Of a DNA stretch of 40,954 bases, positions 1 to 8,778 are shown piece by piece; positions within the stretch are counted from its first letter, which is position 1; every line of letters starts with the position of its first letter. Source of the stretch: Thermoplasmatales archaeon SW_10_69_26 (GTDB lineage Archaea > Thermoplasmatota > SW-10-69-26); contig PXUB01000009.1 in NCBI GenBank assembly GCA_003009755.1, forward strand, positions 1 through 40,954, given 5' to 3'. Under the pieces are notes generated by a model that was not told where the DNA came from, did no database searches, and was given only the letters and a program-made list of their open reading frames with translations. A program made the translations under genes and the position numbers.

Positions 1-147
1 GCTGCCGTGACAACGCCGCCCGGCGGCGAGTCACAGGCCCTTCGTGGCCTTGGCGATCCTTCGTGTCCTTCGCGGCCCCTGCTTAACCAGACAGCCGGAT
101 CTGGCCTCTCCGCAAGATTAAGGGACGGGGGGCAATTGGCGGGCACG

Positions 148-2106
148 ATGAACTTGGCGACCCGGATCCTCGGCGTCGTGATCTTCGTTTCGCTCCTCGC
201 CGGGGCCACCTATGCCGCCTTCCAAGGCTTCGGGACCGAGCCCGAGGTTCGTTCCGTCGAGCTGACCGGCCCCTCGCAAGTGCCCAGCCTTCTGGCAGGT
301 CAGCAGACCCCGCTGTCCTTGGGGGTCGAGAACGGGGGGAACGCCGCGGCGGAGGTCACGATGACCGCCGAGACCGACGGGTTCTCCTTCGAGACGAACC
401 CAGCGGTGACGACCGTGCCTGCGCGCAACAGCACCGACGTGAACGGGCTGTTGACCGCGGACGCGGACGTGGAGGGTCAACACAACGTCACGATCGTCGC
501 CACGGGGAACGGCACGGACGACCGGCTGGCCTCGACCTCCTTCGAGGTCACCGTCTCGCCGCCCTCGCCGCCCGAGATGAGCCTGGACGCCGTCCTGCCC
601 GCCGTCCGGCCCGGCGATCGCGCGCAGTTCCAAGCTCAGCTGCAGAACACGGCGGGCGCGCCCCAGACGGTCAACGTGACGCTCGTGAACGCCGAGGGTG
701 CCGTCGAACCCCAGCAGGTCACCCTGCGGCCCGACGGCTCCGGGACGGCCTCCGTGACCGCGGAGATCCCCGGGAGCGCCTCGATCGAGCAGGAGGTCAC
801 GGTCCGCGCTCGCAACGACGCCGGCCAGACGGCCAGCGCCAGCGACAAGGTGTCCCTCGTCCCGAGCGGCGAGGTCGCGGCCGAACCGCTGGCGGACAGC
901 TTCACGGTGCGACCGGGCAACGACTACACGGTGTCCGTCGCGGTCGTCTCCAACGCGGACGTCTCCGGGGAGATCACGGCCTCCGGCTCGAACGTCGTCG
1001 ACGCGAACTTCACGACGCTGGAACCCCGGAGCTCGGCCGGCGGCTTCGTCACGCTGTCGGTGCCCAGCGATGCGGGCGACGAGGTCGAGCAGTCCTTCGA
1101 CGTCGAGGTCGCTGACCGGACGAAGACGGTGACCGCGACGGTTTCGACGCAGCTCGACGGCGACCAGCCCACGGAAGGCCAGCAGGCCGAGCTGGCCTAC
1201 AACGGGCTCGTGGCCGAGGGCGGCATCTTCGGCACCTCCCACACGGGCGTCGCCCAGGGCCCGTTCCCGAAGAGCGTCCACTTCCAGGAGGGCCAACAGG
1301 CCCAATCGATGACCGTTCGGATCGGTGCGCCCCAGCAGCGGGCGCCCTCCGGGGTCGTGCACGCCGTCGAGAACATGACCGAGGGCGAGACGCAGACGAT
1401 CACGCTGGAGCCCGAGGAGGCCTTCGGGCCCGAGCGTCAGACCCAGCAGCTCGATGCGACGACGGAGCTCAACCGCCACGAAGAGGTGCCCAAGCTCCTC
1501 GACGGTCGCAACGGGGAAGGCATCCCCAAGCGTCAGCTCCCGGACCAGTTCGACATCGAGAACCGGACCGAGGGCGACGTCATCGACTTCGAGACGCAGG
1601 CCGGGGACGAGACGATCGTCCTCCGGTTCAAGGTCGTCGAGATGAACGACCAGACCGTCATCCTCGAGCGCGTGGCCGAGGAGGGGGAGACGATCACCTT
1701 CTACCCGCCGTGGCCGAACGCGACCGAGGTGACGAGCGTCAACGAGACGACGATCGTGTACACCACGACTCCGCCGGACTCGGCCCAGGAGGAGTCGTTC
1801 ACCTGGGACGCCAACCCCAACTCGCAAAAGGCCCAGTGGGGCAACACGACGACCGTCGCCGAGGTCAACGACACGGCGATCCTGCTCCGACACCAGCCCG
1901 AAGAGGGGCTGGAGTACACGGCACAGACCGGTCGCCTGGGTCAAGAGAAGTCGTTCCGCGTCGAGAACGTGACCGCCGACACGATCACCGTGTCGACGCC
2001 GAACCCGAACCCGCTCGGCGGGGAGACGGTCACCTTCGACCTGACCGTGACCGACATCTCCCAGGCCCAACAGCGACGGATGCCCCGCGGCCTAGGCGGG
2101 AGATGA
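148..2106 (+). CDS. Membrane-anchored/secreted protein: N-terminal Ig-like beta-sandwich repeats plus C-terminal FKBP-type peptidyl-prolyl isomerase domain with a large flap insertion
   Basis: ATG at 148 followed by a hydrophobic N-terminal helix. FKBP-like segments EGQQAELAYNG..GGIFGTS, VENMTEGETQTITLEPEEAFG and NPLGGETVTFDLTVTDI. N-terminal region has beta-rich repeats of about 100 aa. Confidence 0.7.
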   Translation: MNLATRILGVVIFVSLLAGATYAAFQGFGTEPEVRSVELTGPSQVPSLLAGQQTPLSLGVENGGNAAAEVTMTAETDGFSFETNPAVTTVPARNSTDVNGLLTADADVEGQHNVTIVATGNGTDDRLASTSFEVTVSPPSPPEMSLDAVLPAVRPGDRAQFQAQLQNTAGAPQTVNVTLVNAEGAVEPQQVTLRPDGSGTASVTAEIPGSASIEQEVTVRARNDAGQTASASDKVSLVPSGEVAAEPLADSFTVRPGNDYTVSVAVVSNADVSGEITASGSNVVDANFTTLEPRSSAGGFVTLSVPSDAGDEVEQSFDVEVADRTKTVTATVSTQLDGDQPTEGQQAELAYNGLVAEGGIFGTSHTGVAQGPFPKSVHFQEGQQAQSMTVRIGAPQQRAPSGVVHAVENMTEGETQTITLEPEEAFGPERQTQQLDATTELNRHEEVPKLLDGRNGEGIPKRQLPDQFDIENRTEGDVIDFETQAGDETIVLRFKVVEMNDQTVILERVAEEGETITFYPPWPNATEVTSVNETTIVYTTTPPDSAQEESFTWDANPNSQKAQWGNTTTVAEVNDTAILLRHQPEEGLEYTAQTGRLGQEKSFRVENVTADTITVSTPNPNPLGGETVTFDLTVTDISQAQQRRMPRGLGGR

Positions 2107-2107
2107 C

Positions 2108-3139
2108 GTGGCCGAGGACGACGAGGGACTGACCTACGCCGACGCCGGCGTCGACATCGCCGAGGAGGCCGCCACCGTCGAGAGCCTCGTCGGCGAGCTC
2201 ACCACGGGCCGCGAAGGCCCGGTCCAGCCGGTCGACGTGCCCGGCCACTTCGCCGGCGCCGTCCGGCTGGGCGACGTCGCGCTCGTCATGTGCACCGACG
2301 GCGTCGGCTCCAAGGTCGTGGTCGCCGACGCGCTCGGCGACTGGTCGACGATCGGCATCGACTGCCTCGCGATGAACGTCAACGACGCCGTCTGCCTCGG
2401 CGCCGAGCCGGTCGCGTTCGTCGACTACCTGGCGCTCGAAGAGCACCGCGAGGGCTTCGCCGAGCAGATCGGGGCCGGTCTCGCGGCCGGCGCCCGCCAA
2501 GCCAACGTGGCCATCCTCGGCGGCGAGACGGCGACGCTCCCCGATGTCGTCCAGGGCTTCGACATCGCCGGCACCTGCTTGGCGCAGGCCCCCGCCGACG
2601 ACATGGTGACCGGGGAGGCGATCGAGCCCGGCGACACGATCGTCGGGCTGCCCTCCAGCGGGATCCACAGCAACGGGTTGACGCTGGCGCGGGAAGCCAT
2701 GGCCGAGGCCGACATCGGCTACCGAGACACGGTGCCCGAGGTCGACCGAGCCTTCGGCGAGGAGCTGCTGGAGCCCACCCGGTTGTACGTCCAGCAAGCC
2801 CTCCAGCTCGTCGACCGCGTCGACGTGCACGGCCTCGTGCACGTCACGGGAGGCGGCGTCCACAACCTCCCCCGGATGCGGTCGGACGTGAGCTACCGGC
2901 TGGACGACCCGCCCGAGCCGCCGGGCGTGTTCCAGGCGATCGCTCGCATGGGCAAGGTGTCCGAGGACGAGCTGTACCAGACGTTCAACATGGGCGTCGG
3001 GTTCGCCGCCGTCGTCGACGAGGCCGACGTCGACGAGGCGCTCGAGGTCTGGGACGAGGGCTTCGTGTGGGGCCAGGTCGACGTCGGCGAAGGCGTCGCG
3101 ATCCCCGACCGTGACCTGCGGTTCGACCCGGACCCCTGA
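2108..3139 (+). CDS. purM: Phosphoribosylformylglycinamidine cyclo-ligase (AIR synthetase)
   Basis: TYADAGVDI, TDGVGSK, DCLAMNVND, GGETA, SSGIHSNG, HVTGGG and TFNMGVG motifs. Confidence 0.97.
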   Translation: MAEDDEGLTYADAGVDIAEEAATVESLVGELTTGREGPVQPVDVPGHFAGAVRLGDVALVMCTDGVGSKVVVADALGDWSTIGIDCLAMNVNDAVCLGAEPVAFVDYLALEEHREGFAEQIGAGLAAGARQANVAILGGETATLPDVVQGFDIAGTCLAQAPADDMVTGEAIEPGDTIVGLPSSGIHSNGLTLAREAMAEADIGYRDTVPEVDRAFGEELLEPTRLYVQQALQLVDRVDVHGLVHVTGGGVHNLPRMRSDVSYRLDDPPEPPGVFQAIARMGKVSEDELYQTFNMGVGFAAVVDEADVDEALEVWDEGFVWGQVDVGEGVAIPDRDLRFDPDP

Positions 3140-3187
3140 TCGTCAGCGACCGCTTTCGGAGCCCAGCTCCTCTGGGCTCCCGCGGGA

Positions 3188-3200
3188 ACTTTTTTGTAAG
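3188..3200 (+). promoter_or_regulatory. Putative archaeal TATA-like element of the transaldolase gene (probably leaderless)
   Basis: AT-rich ACTTTTTTGTAAG about 25-30 nt upstream of ATG 3221 in very GC-rich DNA. Similar T-rich boxes lie about 30 nt before starts 13263, 19250 and 24131. Confidence 0.5.
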
Positions 3201-3220
3201 CACTGGCGGTAAGGCGACCT

Positions 3221-3871
3221 ATGCAGCTCTTCCTGGACTCCGCGGACATGTCGGAGATCAAGCGGGCCGACGACTGGGGCGTCATCGACGGGATCACGAC
3301 GAACCCGTCGCTGGCGGCCGAGCAGGACCGCCCCTTCGACAAGCTCGTGGCCGAGATCTGCGACCTCGTCGAGGGCCCCGTCAGCGCCGAGGTCGTGGCC
3401 ACCGAGTACGACCAGATCATGCAGGAAGCCCGCCAGCTCGACGACATCAGCGAGCACATCGTCGTCAAGGTCCCCCTGATCAAGCAGGGCCTGAAGGCGG
3501 TCGACGAGCTCTCCGACGAGGGCATCGAGACGAACGTCACGCTGAACTTCCAGGCCAACCAGGGCCTGCTCGCGATGAAGGCCGGGGCCACGTACCTGTC
3601 GCCGTTCATCGGTCGCCTCGACGACCGCGGCCAGCAGGGTCTGCAGCTCGTCGAGCAGCTCACCCAGATCAAGCACAACTACGGCTTCGAGACGGACATC
3701 CTGGCGGCCAGCATCCGCCACCCCGACCACGTGCTCCAGTGCTCGCTGATCGGCGCCGACGTCGCCACGCTCCCCTTCGAGGTCCTCGAAAGCCTCTACG
3801 ACCACCCGCTCACCGACAGCGGCCTCGCCGGCTTCCTCGAGGACTGGGAGGAGTCCGGGCTCGAGATCTGA
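3221..3871 (+). CDS. fsa: Transaldolase / fructose-6-phosphate aldolase (short FSA/TalC type)
   Basis: FLDSAD, GITTNPSL, VVKVP (Schiff-base Lys), NVTL, YLSPFIGRLDD, LAASIR, HPLTD. Confidence 0.95.
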   Translation: MQLFLDSADMSEIKRADDWGVIDGITTNPSLAAEQDRPFDKLVAEICDLVEGPVSAEVVATEYDQIMQEARQLDDISEHIVVKVPLIKQGLKAVDELSDEGIETNVTLNFQANQGLLAMKAGATYLSPFIGRLDDRGQQGLQLVEQLTQIKHNYGFETDILAASIRHPDHVLQCSLIGADVATLPFEVLESLYDHPLTDSGLAGFLEDWEESGLEI

Positions 3872-3948
3872 CCCGCGTCGCTGGAGCCCGGACGAGTACG
3901 GCTCGGCACCACCGCGCGAGCCGTACGGAAAGCGGTCTCGAGATCTGA
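3851..3948 (+). repeat. Duplicated transaldolase 3' end (ESGLEI*) flanking a hairpin
   Basis: GAGTCCGGGCTCGAGATCTGA (3851-3871) versus GAAAGCGGTCTCGAGATCTGA (3928-3948). Perfect 10-bp stem 3896-3905/3917-3926 lies between them. Confidence 0.75.
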
Positions 3949-4224
3949 GGCCGAGCGGTCGAGAGGTTCATCCGCGTCCTCGCCATCCCGGACCCGTTTC
4001 GACGGTTGCTGGATAGCGGTTTTCCCTCTCCCAGCGTATCGTTGGGGTAGGCGAGGACGGGTTACCTCCCGCGGCCTCGGAGCCTCCCCAACGCGGCCCA
4101 GCATCGGTCCTTCCCACCCCGGGGTCGCGGGCCTCGCCTTCATCCTCGTCGAGAAGGCGCAGTCCCCTTCCCGCCTGTTTGGTTCCCTCTGCTTCGCTTT
4201 TCCTCTGCTTGTTCCCTGTCAGCT

Positions 4225-5586
4225 TCACAGTGCGAGCCAGCCGGCTCGGTCGACGACCATGGCCGCGAACAGCAGGCCGAGGTAGGCGATCGATCCGAAG
4301 AACAGGCCACGGGCCCGCTGGGGCTCGTGGTCGACGACGACGGTGAGGACGCCGAAGAGGAAGGCCAGGCCGAGGACGGTGCTCGCGAGCAGGTAGAGGT
4401 TGCCGAGCACGCCCATCGGGTAGAAGGCGGCAGCGGCGAGGACCGTCGCCAGCGTGTACAGGATCATGCGGCGCTTGGTGGCCTTCAGGCCCCAGGCGTT
4501 GGGCATCATCGGGAAGCCGGCCTCGGCGTACTCCTCGCGGCGGGCGATCGCCAGCGCCCAGAAGTGCGGGGGTGTCCAGAGGAAGACGACGGCGCCGAGC
4601 AGGATGGCGGGCAGGCCGAGCTCGCCGGTGACGGCGGCCCAGCCGACGAGCGCCGGCGCCATGCCGGCCGCGCCGCCGACGACGACGCCCTGTGGCGTCG
4701 ACGGTTTGAGCCACAGCGTGTAGATGAAGACGTAGAAGACGACGCCGAGCATCGTGAGCACGGCAGCGAGCACGTTCACCATGAACGCCAGCATCGTGAA
4801 CGAGGTCGCACCGAGCGCGGCGGCGAAGGCCAGCGCATCGCGGGGCCGCACGCGCCCGCTGGCGACCGCCCGGTCGCTGGTGCGATCCATCTCGCGATCG
4901 ACGTCGCGTTCGATGACCTGGTTGATGACGCCACCGCAGGCAGCGCCCAGCGCGCCGCCGAGCAGCGTCCAGAACGCCTCGGCGACGGACAGGCCCTCAG
5001 GCGCGAGCATCATGCCGGTGAAGCCCATCGCGACGAGCAACGCGACGATGCGGGGCTTCGTCATCGAGGCGTAGTCGGAGAGGACGTTCTCCTCGCCGGC
5101 GGCTCGGGGATCGGGCCCCGCCGCGCGGTCGGGGCCGGGCGTGATGGCCGATCGGCCGGGTGGGTTGTGGGCGAAGATCGTGACGGCGACCACGGCGCCG
5201 AACAGCGCCGAGGCGGTCCCCATGTGGGCTGCCGACCACCAGGGGGCAAGGTGCTCCCAGACGGTCACGGCGCCCAGCATGGCTTGGATCGGGAGCAAGA
5301 TCGCGGCCAGGGTGGCCGCCCAAACGATGCGGGTATCCTCGCGGTGGTGCCGCCAGGCGGCGACGGCGGTCGCGAGGATCGCGATGCCGGCCAGCAGGGC
5401 GACGTAGCGGTGCCCCCACTCGATGACCATCAGCGCGTTGGACCAGTCGGGGAAGACCTGACCTCGGCAAAGCGGCCAGTCGTCCCCGCAACCCAGGCCT
5501 GCACCGGAGCCCCGGGTGAACCCGCCGATCAAGATCGTGAGGTAGGTCAGCACGGACGTGACGACGCTCATTCGTCGGAACCGCAT
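4225..5586 (-). CDS. ctaB: Fusion of heme A synthase (CtaA/Cox15, short type) and heme O synthase (protoheme IX farnesyltransferase)
   Basis: N-terminal GLGCGDDWPLC, EWGHR and a later His (CtaA). C-terminal TKPRI, NQVIERDVDREMDRTSDR, YTLWLK, WTPPHFWALA and EYAEAGFPM (CtaB/CyoE). Start may be 5586 or 5595. Confidence 0.93.
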   Translation of the reverse strand: MRFRRMSVVTSVLTYLTILIGGFTRGSGAGLGCGDDWPLCRGQVFPDWSNALMVIEWGHRYVALLAGIAILATAVAAWRHHREDTRIVWAATLAAILLPIQAMLGAVTVWEHLAPWWSAAHMGTASALFGAVVAVTIFAHNPPGRSAITPGPDRAAGPDPRAAGEENVLSDYASMTKPRIVALLVAMGFTGMMLAPEGLSVAEAFWTLLGGALGAACGGVINQVIERDVDREMDRTSDRAVASGRVRPRDALAFAAALGATSFTMLAFMVNVLAAVLTMLGVVFYVFIYTLWLKPSTPQGVVVGGAAGMAPALVGWAAVTGELGLPAILLGAVVFLWTPPHFWALAIARREEYAEAGFPMMPNAWGLKATKRRMILYTLATVLAAAAFYPMGVLGNLYLLASTVLGLAFLFGVLTVVVDHEPQRARGLFFGSIAYLGLLFAAMVVDRAGWLAL

Positions 5587-5679
5587 GGTGGGCACCCGGG
5601 CGTGAGTGAGCGACAGGGACCCTGGGCAAAAACGTTTCGTCCCCCAACCTCAAGCCGGTGGGCCTGTTTCCCCCAGGTG

Positions 5680-6642
5680 ATGCCCGCCATCGACTTCCGC
5701 TACCTCACGAAGACCTACGGCGACCGGCGCGCCCTCGACGGGTTCTCCCTCTCCGTCGAGGAGGGCGAGTGCCTGGCGCTTTTGGGCCCGAACGGGGCGG
5801 GCAAGTCCACGTTGATCGACATCCTCGCCACGCTGCAGGAGCCCACCGACGGCGAGGTCCGCGTCATGGGGGCAAGCGTCGGCGAGGAAGCTCACGCCGT
5901 CCGTCAGCGGGTCGGCGTGGCCTTCCAGACGCCGATCACGCACGACCACTTGAGCGCGCGCGAGCTCGTGCTGCACCAAGCCCGGATCTACGACGTGCCC
6001 AGCGACGTCGCCCGCGAACGCACCGAGGAGCTGTTGGCTTTCGTGGACCTGGCCGAGCGAGCCGACGATCGCATCTCGACGTTCAGCGAGGGCATGAAGC
6101 GCCGGGCCGACCTGGCCCGCGTGCTCGTGACCGAGCCCGACGTCTTGCTGCTCGACGAGCCCGCCGCCGGTCTCGATCCCCGCGGCCGCCGGACGATCCG
6201 CGAACGCTTGGCCACGTTGGCTCGGCAGGGGACGACGCTGCTCGTCGCCACCCACCAGATGCGGGAGCTGGGCCCGGTCGCCGACCGGGTCGCCATCATG
6301 CACGAGGGCCGCATCGAGGCGCTGGACACGCCCGAGGCGCTGACCGACGAGCTCGGCGAGCGGTTGATCCACGTCCGCCTGCCCGAGGGCGCCGACCTCG
6401 AACCGGTCCGCCAGCGACTCGAGGGCCTCGGCGTGAGCGACGTCCGACGCCACGGCCACGGGTTGGAGACCGTGCTGGGCGCCGACGATGTCTCGGCCGG
6501 CCGCATCGTCGACGATCTCGAGGAGGCGGGCCTGACCGTCGAGGAGGTCGCGATCCGCGAGCCGGATCTCGGGGATGCGTTCCTGTCGTTGACCGGGACG
6601 CCGCTCGACGCCGACACCGGGGACGAGGAGGGGCTCGCATGA
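5680..6642 (+). CDS. ABC transporter ATP-binding protein (DrrA/ABC-2 exporter type)
   Basis: Walker A GPNGAGKST, signature FSEGMKRR, Walker B LLLDEP, H-loop ATH. Confidence 0.95.
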   Translation: MPAIDFRYLTKTYGDRRALDGFSLSVEEGECLALLGPNGAGKSTLIDILATLQEPTDGEVRVMGASVGEEAHAVRQRVGVAFQTPITHDHLSARELVLHQARIYDVPSDVARERTEELLAFVDLAERADDRISTFSEGMKRRADLARVLVTEPDVLLLDEPAAGLDPRGRRTIRERLATLARQGTTLLVATHQMRELGPVADRVAIMHEGRIEALDTPEALTDELGERLIHVRLPEGADLEPVRQRLEGLGVSDVRRHGHGLETVLGADDVSAGRIVDDLEEAGLTVEEVAIREPDLGDAFLSLTGTPLDADTGDEEGLA

Positions 6643-7418
6643 GCCGGTTCTCGCCGGGATTGTCCGGGGCTCGGGCCGTGGCGGCCAAGCACCTTCGCGT
6701 GTTCTTGCGGACCCCGATGGAGGTGACGTTGACGCTGTTCGCGCCGATCCTGTGGCTGGTCCTGTTCGGGCTCGCGCTCGACAGCGTGCTGGGCGCCAGC
6801 CTGCCGGGCGTCGAGCAGGCCTACCTGTCGTTCCTGGCGCCGGGCCTGGTGGCGTTGACGGCGCTGACGGCGGCGCTGTTCGCCGGGGCGACCTTCTACC
6901 TGGAGGTCGACCGCGGGCAGGCTCGGCAGTACCTGGCAGCCCCGATGGCTCGCATCGAGTACTACCTCGGGCTGGCGAGCTCGGCGACGGTGAAGACGAT
7001 CGTGCAAAGCGCGCTGCTGCTGGCGCTGGCCGTCCCCTTGGGGATGTCGACGACCGTGGTGGGGGCCCTGGCGGGCCTGGCGGTGGTCGGTCTCTTCGCG
7101 CTGGGAGCCTTCGGCTTCTCGGCCTGGCTGGCCACCCTCAGCCCGTCCTTCGAGGCCTACCACGGCCTGTTGATCGTGCTCAACCTGCCGCTTCTGTTCC
7201 TCTCGGATGCGCTGTACCCCTTGCAGGGCGTCCCGGAGTGGCTGGCCACGGTCGCCGTGGCCAATCCCCTGACGCACCTGGTCGAGGTGCTGCGGTGGTT
7301 GGTGACGGGCCAGGCGAGCCCGCTCGGGTTGACGGTGAACGGGATCGCGTTGGCCGCGTTCGTCGCGGTCGGTGCGGGCCTGGGAGCCCGCGCCGTGACG
7401 GGGTTGACCGAAGGGTAG
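6639..7418 (+). CDS. ABC-2 type permease
   Basis: ATGA overlap with the ATPase gene. About six TM helices; YLSFLAPG, FLSDALYPL, NPLTHLVE motifs. Confidence 0.92.
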   Translation: MSRFSPGLSGARAVAAKHLRVFLRTPMEVTLTLFAPILWLVLFGLALDSVLGASLPGVEQAYLSFLAPGLVALTALTAALFAGATFYLEVDRGQARQYLAAPMARIEYYLGLASSATVKTIVQSALLLALAVPLGMSTTVVGALAGLAVVGLFALGAFGFSAWLATLSPSFEAYHGLLIVLNLPLLFLSDALYPLQGVPEWLATVAVANPLTHLVEVLRWLVTGQASPLGLTVNGIALAAFVAVGAGLGARAVTGLTEG

Positions 7419-7420
7419 GA

Positions 7421-7648
7421 CTAGGCCGCTTCGACCTCGGCCTCGGGCTCGTTGCCCTCGGCCTCCTCGTCGTCGGATTCGAAGACCTCGCCGAAGTAGC
7501 CGTCGAGCGCGGTCCGTACCATCTCGGAGATGTAGGCGTCCGTCGTCAGCTTCAACGTGTGAAGCTTCCAGTGGTACTTGACGGGGATCTTCACCTTGAT
7601 CTCCTTCATCTCTTGGTCCTCGGTTCCCTCCTCGTCCTTGATGTACAT
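7421..7648 (-). CDS. Small ribbon-helix-helix-like DNA-binding protein
   Basis: KEIKVKIP (alternating beta strand), helix YHWKLHTLKL, helix ISEMVRTALDGYF; acidic tails; purine-rich RBS-like sequence upstream. Confidence 0.65.
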   Translation of the reverse strand: MYIKDEEGTEDQEMKEIKVKIPVKYHWKLHTLKLTTDAYISEMVRTALDGYFGEVFESDDEEAEGNEPEAEVEAA

Positions 7649-7881
7649 GGGCTCACTCCACCCCCACCAACCACGCCCTCCCCCCTCACGGTCTCGGAAC
7701 TTCCGGACCGCCGAAGCGGCGGAGTGCCCCATGGGGCACCGTGGCATATCGCACCCAGCGTGCCCGTGGCCAACCGGACATGTGGGAGAACCGGAAAACG
7801 GAAAAACCGCTATCGTCGGTCTCGCACGCGCGCGGGAGCAGTTCCAGTGCCGCCGGAACCGGCGGCAGCGAACAGTAGGGC

Positions 7882-8658
7882 CTACTCTCCGCTGAACTCG
7901 GCCTCGCGCTTGTCGAGGAAGGCCTCCATGCCCTCCTCCTGATCGTCGGTGCCGAAGCAGGCGGCGAAGGCCTCGGTCTCGAGTTCGTCGGCGGTCTTCG
8001 GCGCGGCGTCGAAGCCCTCGCGGATCGTGCGCTTGGCGAGCTCGACCGCGACGGGTCCGTTGTCGGCGATCGTCTCGGCCAACGCGAGCGCCTCGGCCTC
8101 GGCCTGGCCCTCGTCGACGAGGTGCGTGACCAGGTCGATCTCCTTGGCGCGCTTGGCGGGGATCTGGCGGCCGGTCAACACGAGGTCCAGGCCCGGACCC
8201 AGACCGCAGACGCGAGTCAGGCGCTGGGTGCCGCCGAAGCCGGGCACGACGCCGATCGTCGTCTCGGGGGCGCCGAAGCGCGAGCCGCGGGCGGCCACCC
8301 GGACGTCGCAGGCCAGCGCCAGCTCGAGCCCGCCACCGAGGGCGAATCCGTCGACAGCCGCGACGACGGGGACCTCGAGCTCCTCGATCGTCTCGACGAC
8401 CTCGTGGCCGGCGCGGCTGAACGAGCGCGCCTGCTGGGGATCCATGTCCTTCATCTCGCCGATGTCGGCGCCGGCGACGAACGCCTGGTCGCCGGCTCCG
8501 GTCACCACGATGGCGCGAGCCCCGGCGTCGCGAGCCTCGCGGATCTGCTCGCGCAGGTCGCCGAGGACCTCGCGGTTCAGCGCGTTCATCTCCTCGGGCC
8601 GGTCGACGGTGACCAGCGCGACGTCCCCCTTCGTCTCCATGCGCACGGGTTCGCTCAT
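7882..8658 (-). CDS. Enoyl-CoA hydratase/isomerase (crotonase family)
   Basis: RPEEMNALN, AFVAGADI, GFALGGGLELALACD, PETTIGVVPGFGGTQRL (both catalytic Glu present). Confidence 0.95.
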   Translation of the reverse strand: MSEPVRMETKGDVALVTVDRPEEMNALNREVLGDLREQIREARDAGARAIVVTGAGDQAFVAGADIGEMKDMDPQQARSFSRAGHEVVETIEELEVPVVAAVDGFALGGGLELALACDVRVAARGSRFGAPETTIGVVPGFGGTQRLTRVCGLGPGLDLVLTGRQIPAKRAKEIDLVTHLVDEGQAEAEALALAETIADNGPVAVELAKRTIREGFDAAPKTADELETEAFAACFGTDDQEEGMEAFLDKREAEFSGE

Positions 8659-8778
8659 CGTAGGGCTAAAACGGGTCCCTGGTTTATCGGTGATGGCGGA
8701 GGCGGGGCGTAGAACCGACGGACTCCGTGGCGACGGCTGGCGAAACCATCAAGTGGCGATGCGAGGACTGGTCGATGG

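Noticed and set aside
3949-4224. RNase P RNA or SRP RNA
   Set aside because: I could not find the RNase P GAGGAAxxUCC/P4 partner motifs or the SRP helix 8 motif on either strand, here or in the other folded spacers.
4327-5679. N-terminal extension of the ABC ATPase ORF
   Set aside because: Antisense to ctaAB; the ATPase domain starts at 5680.
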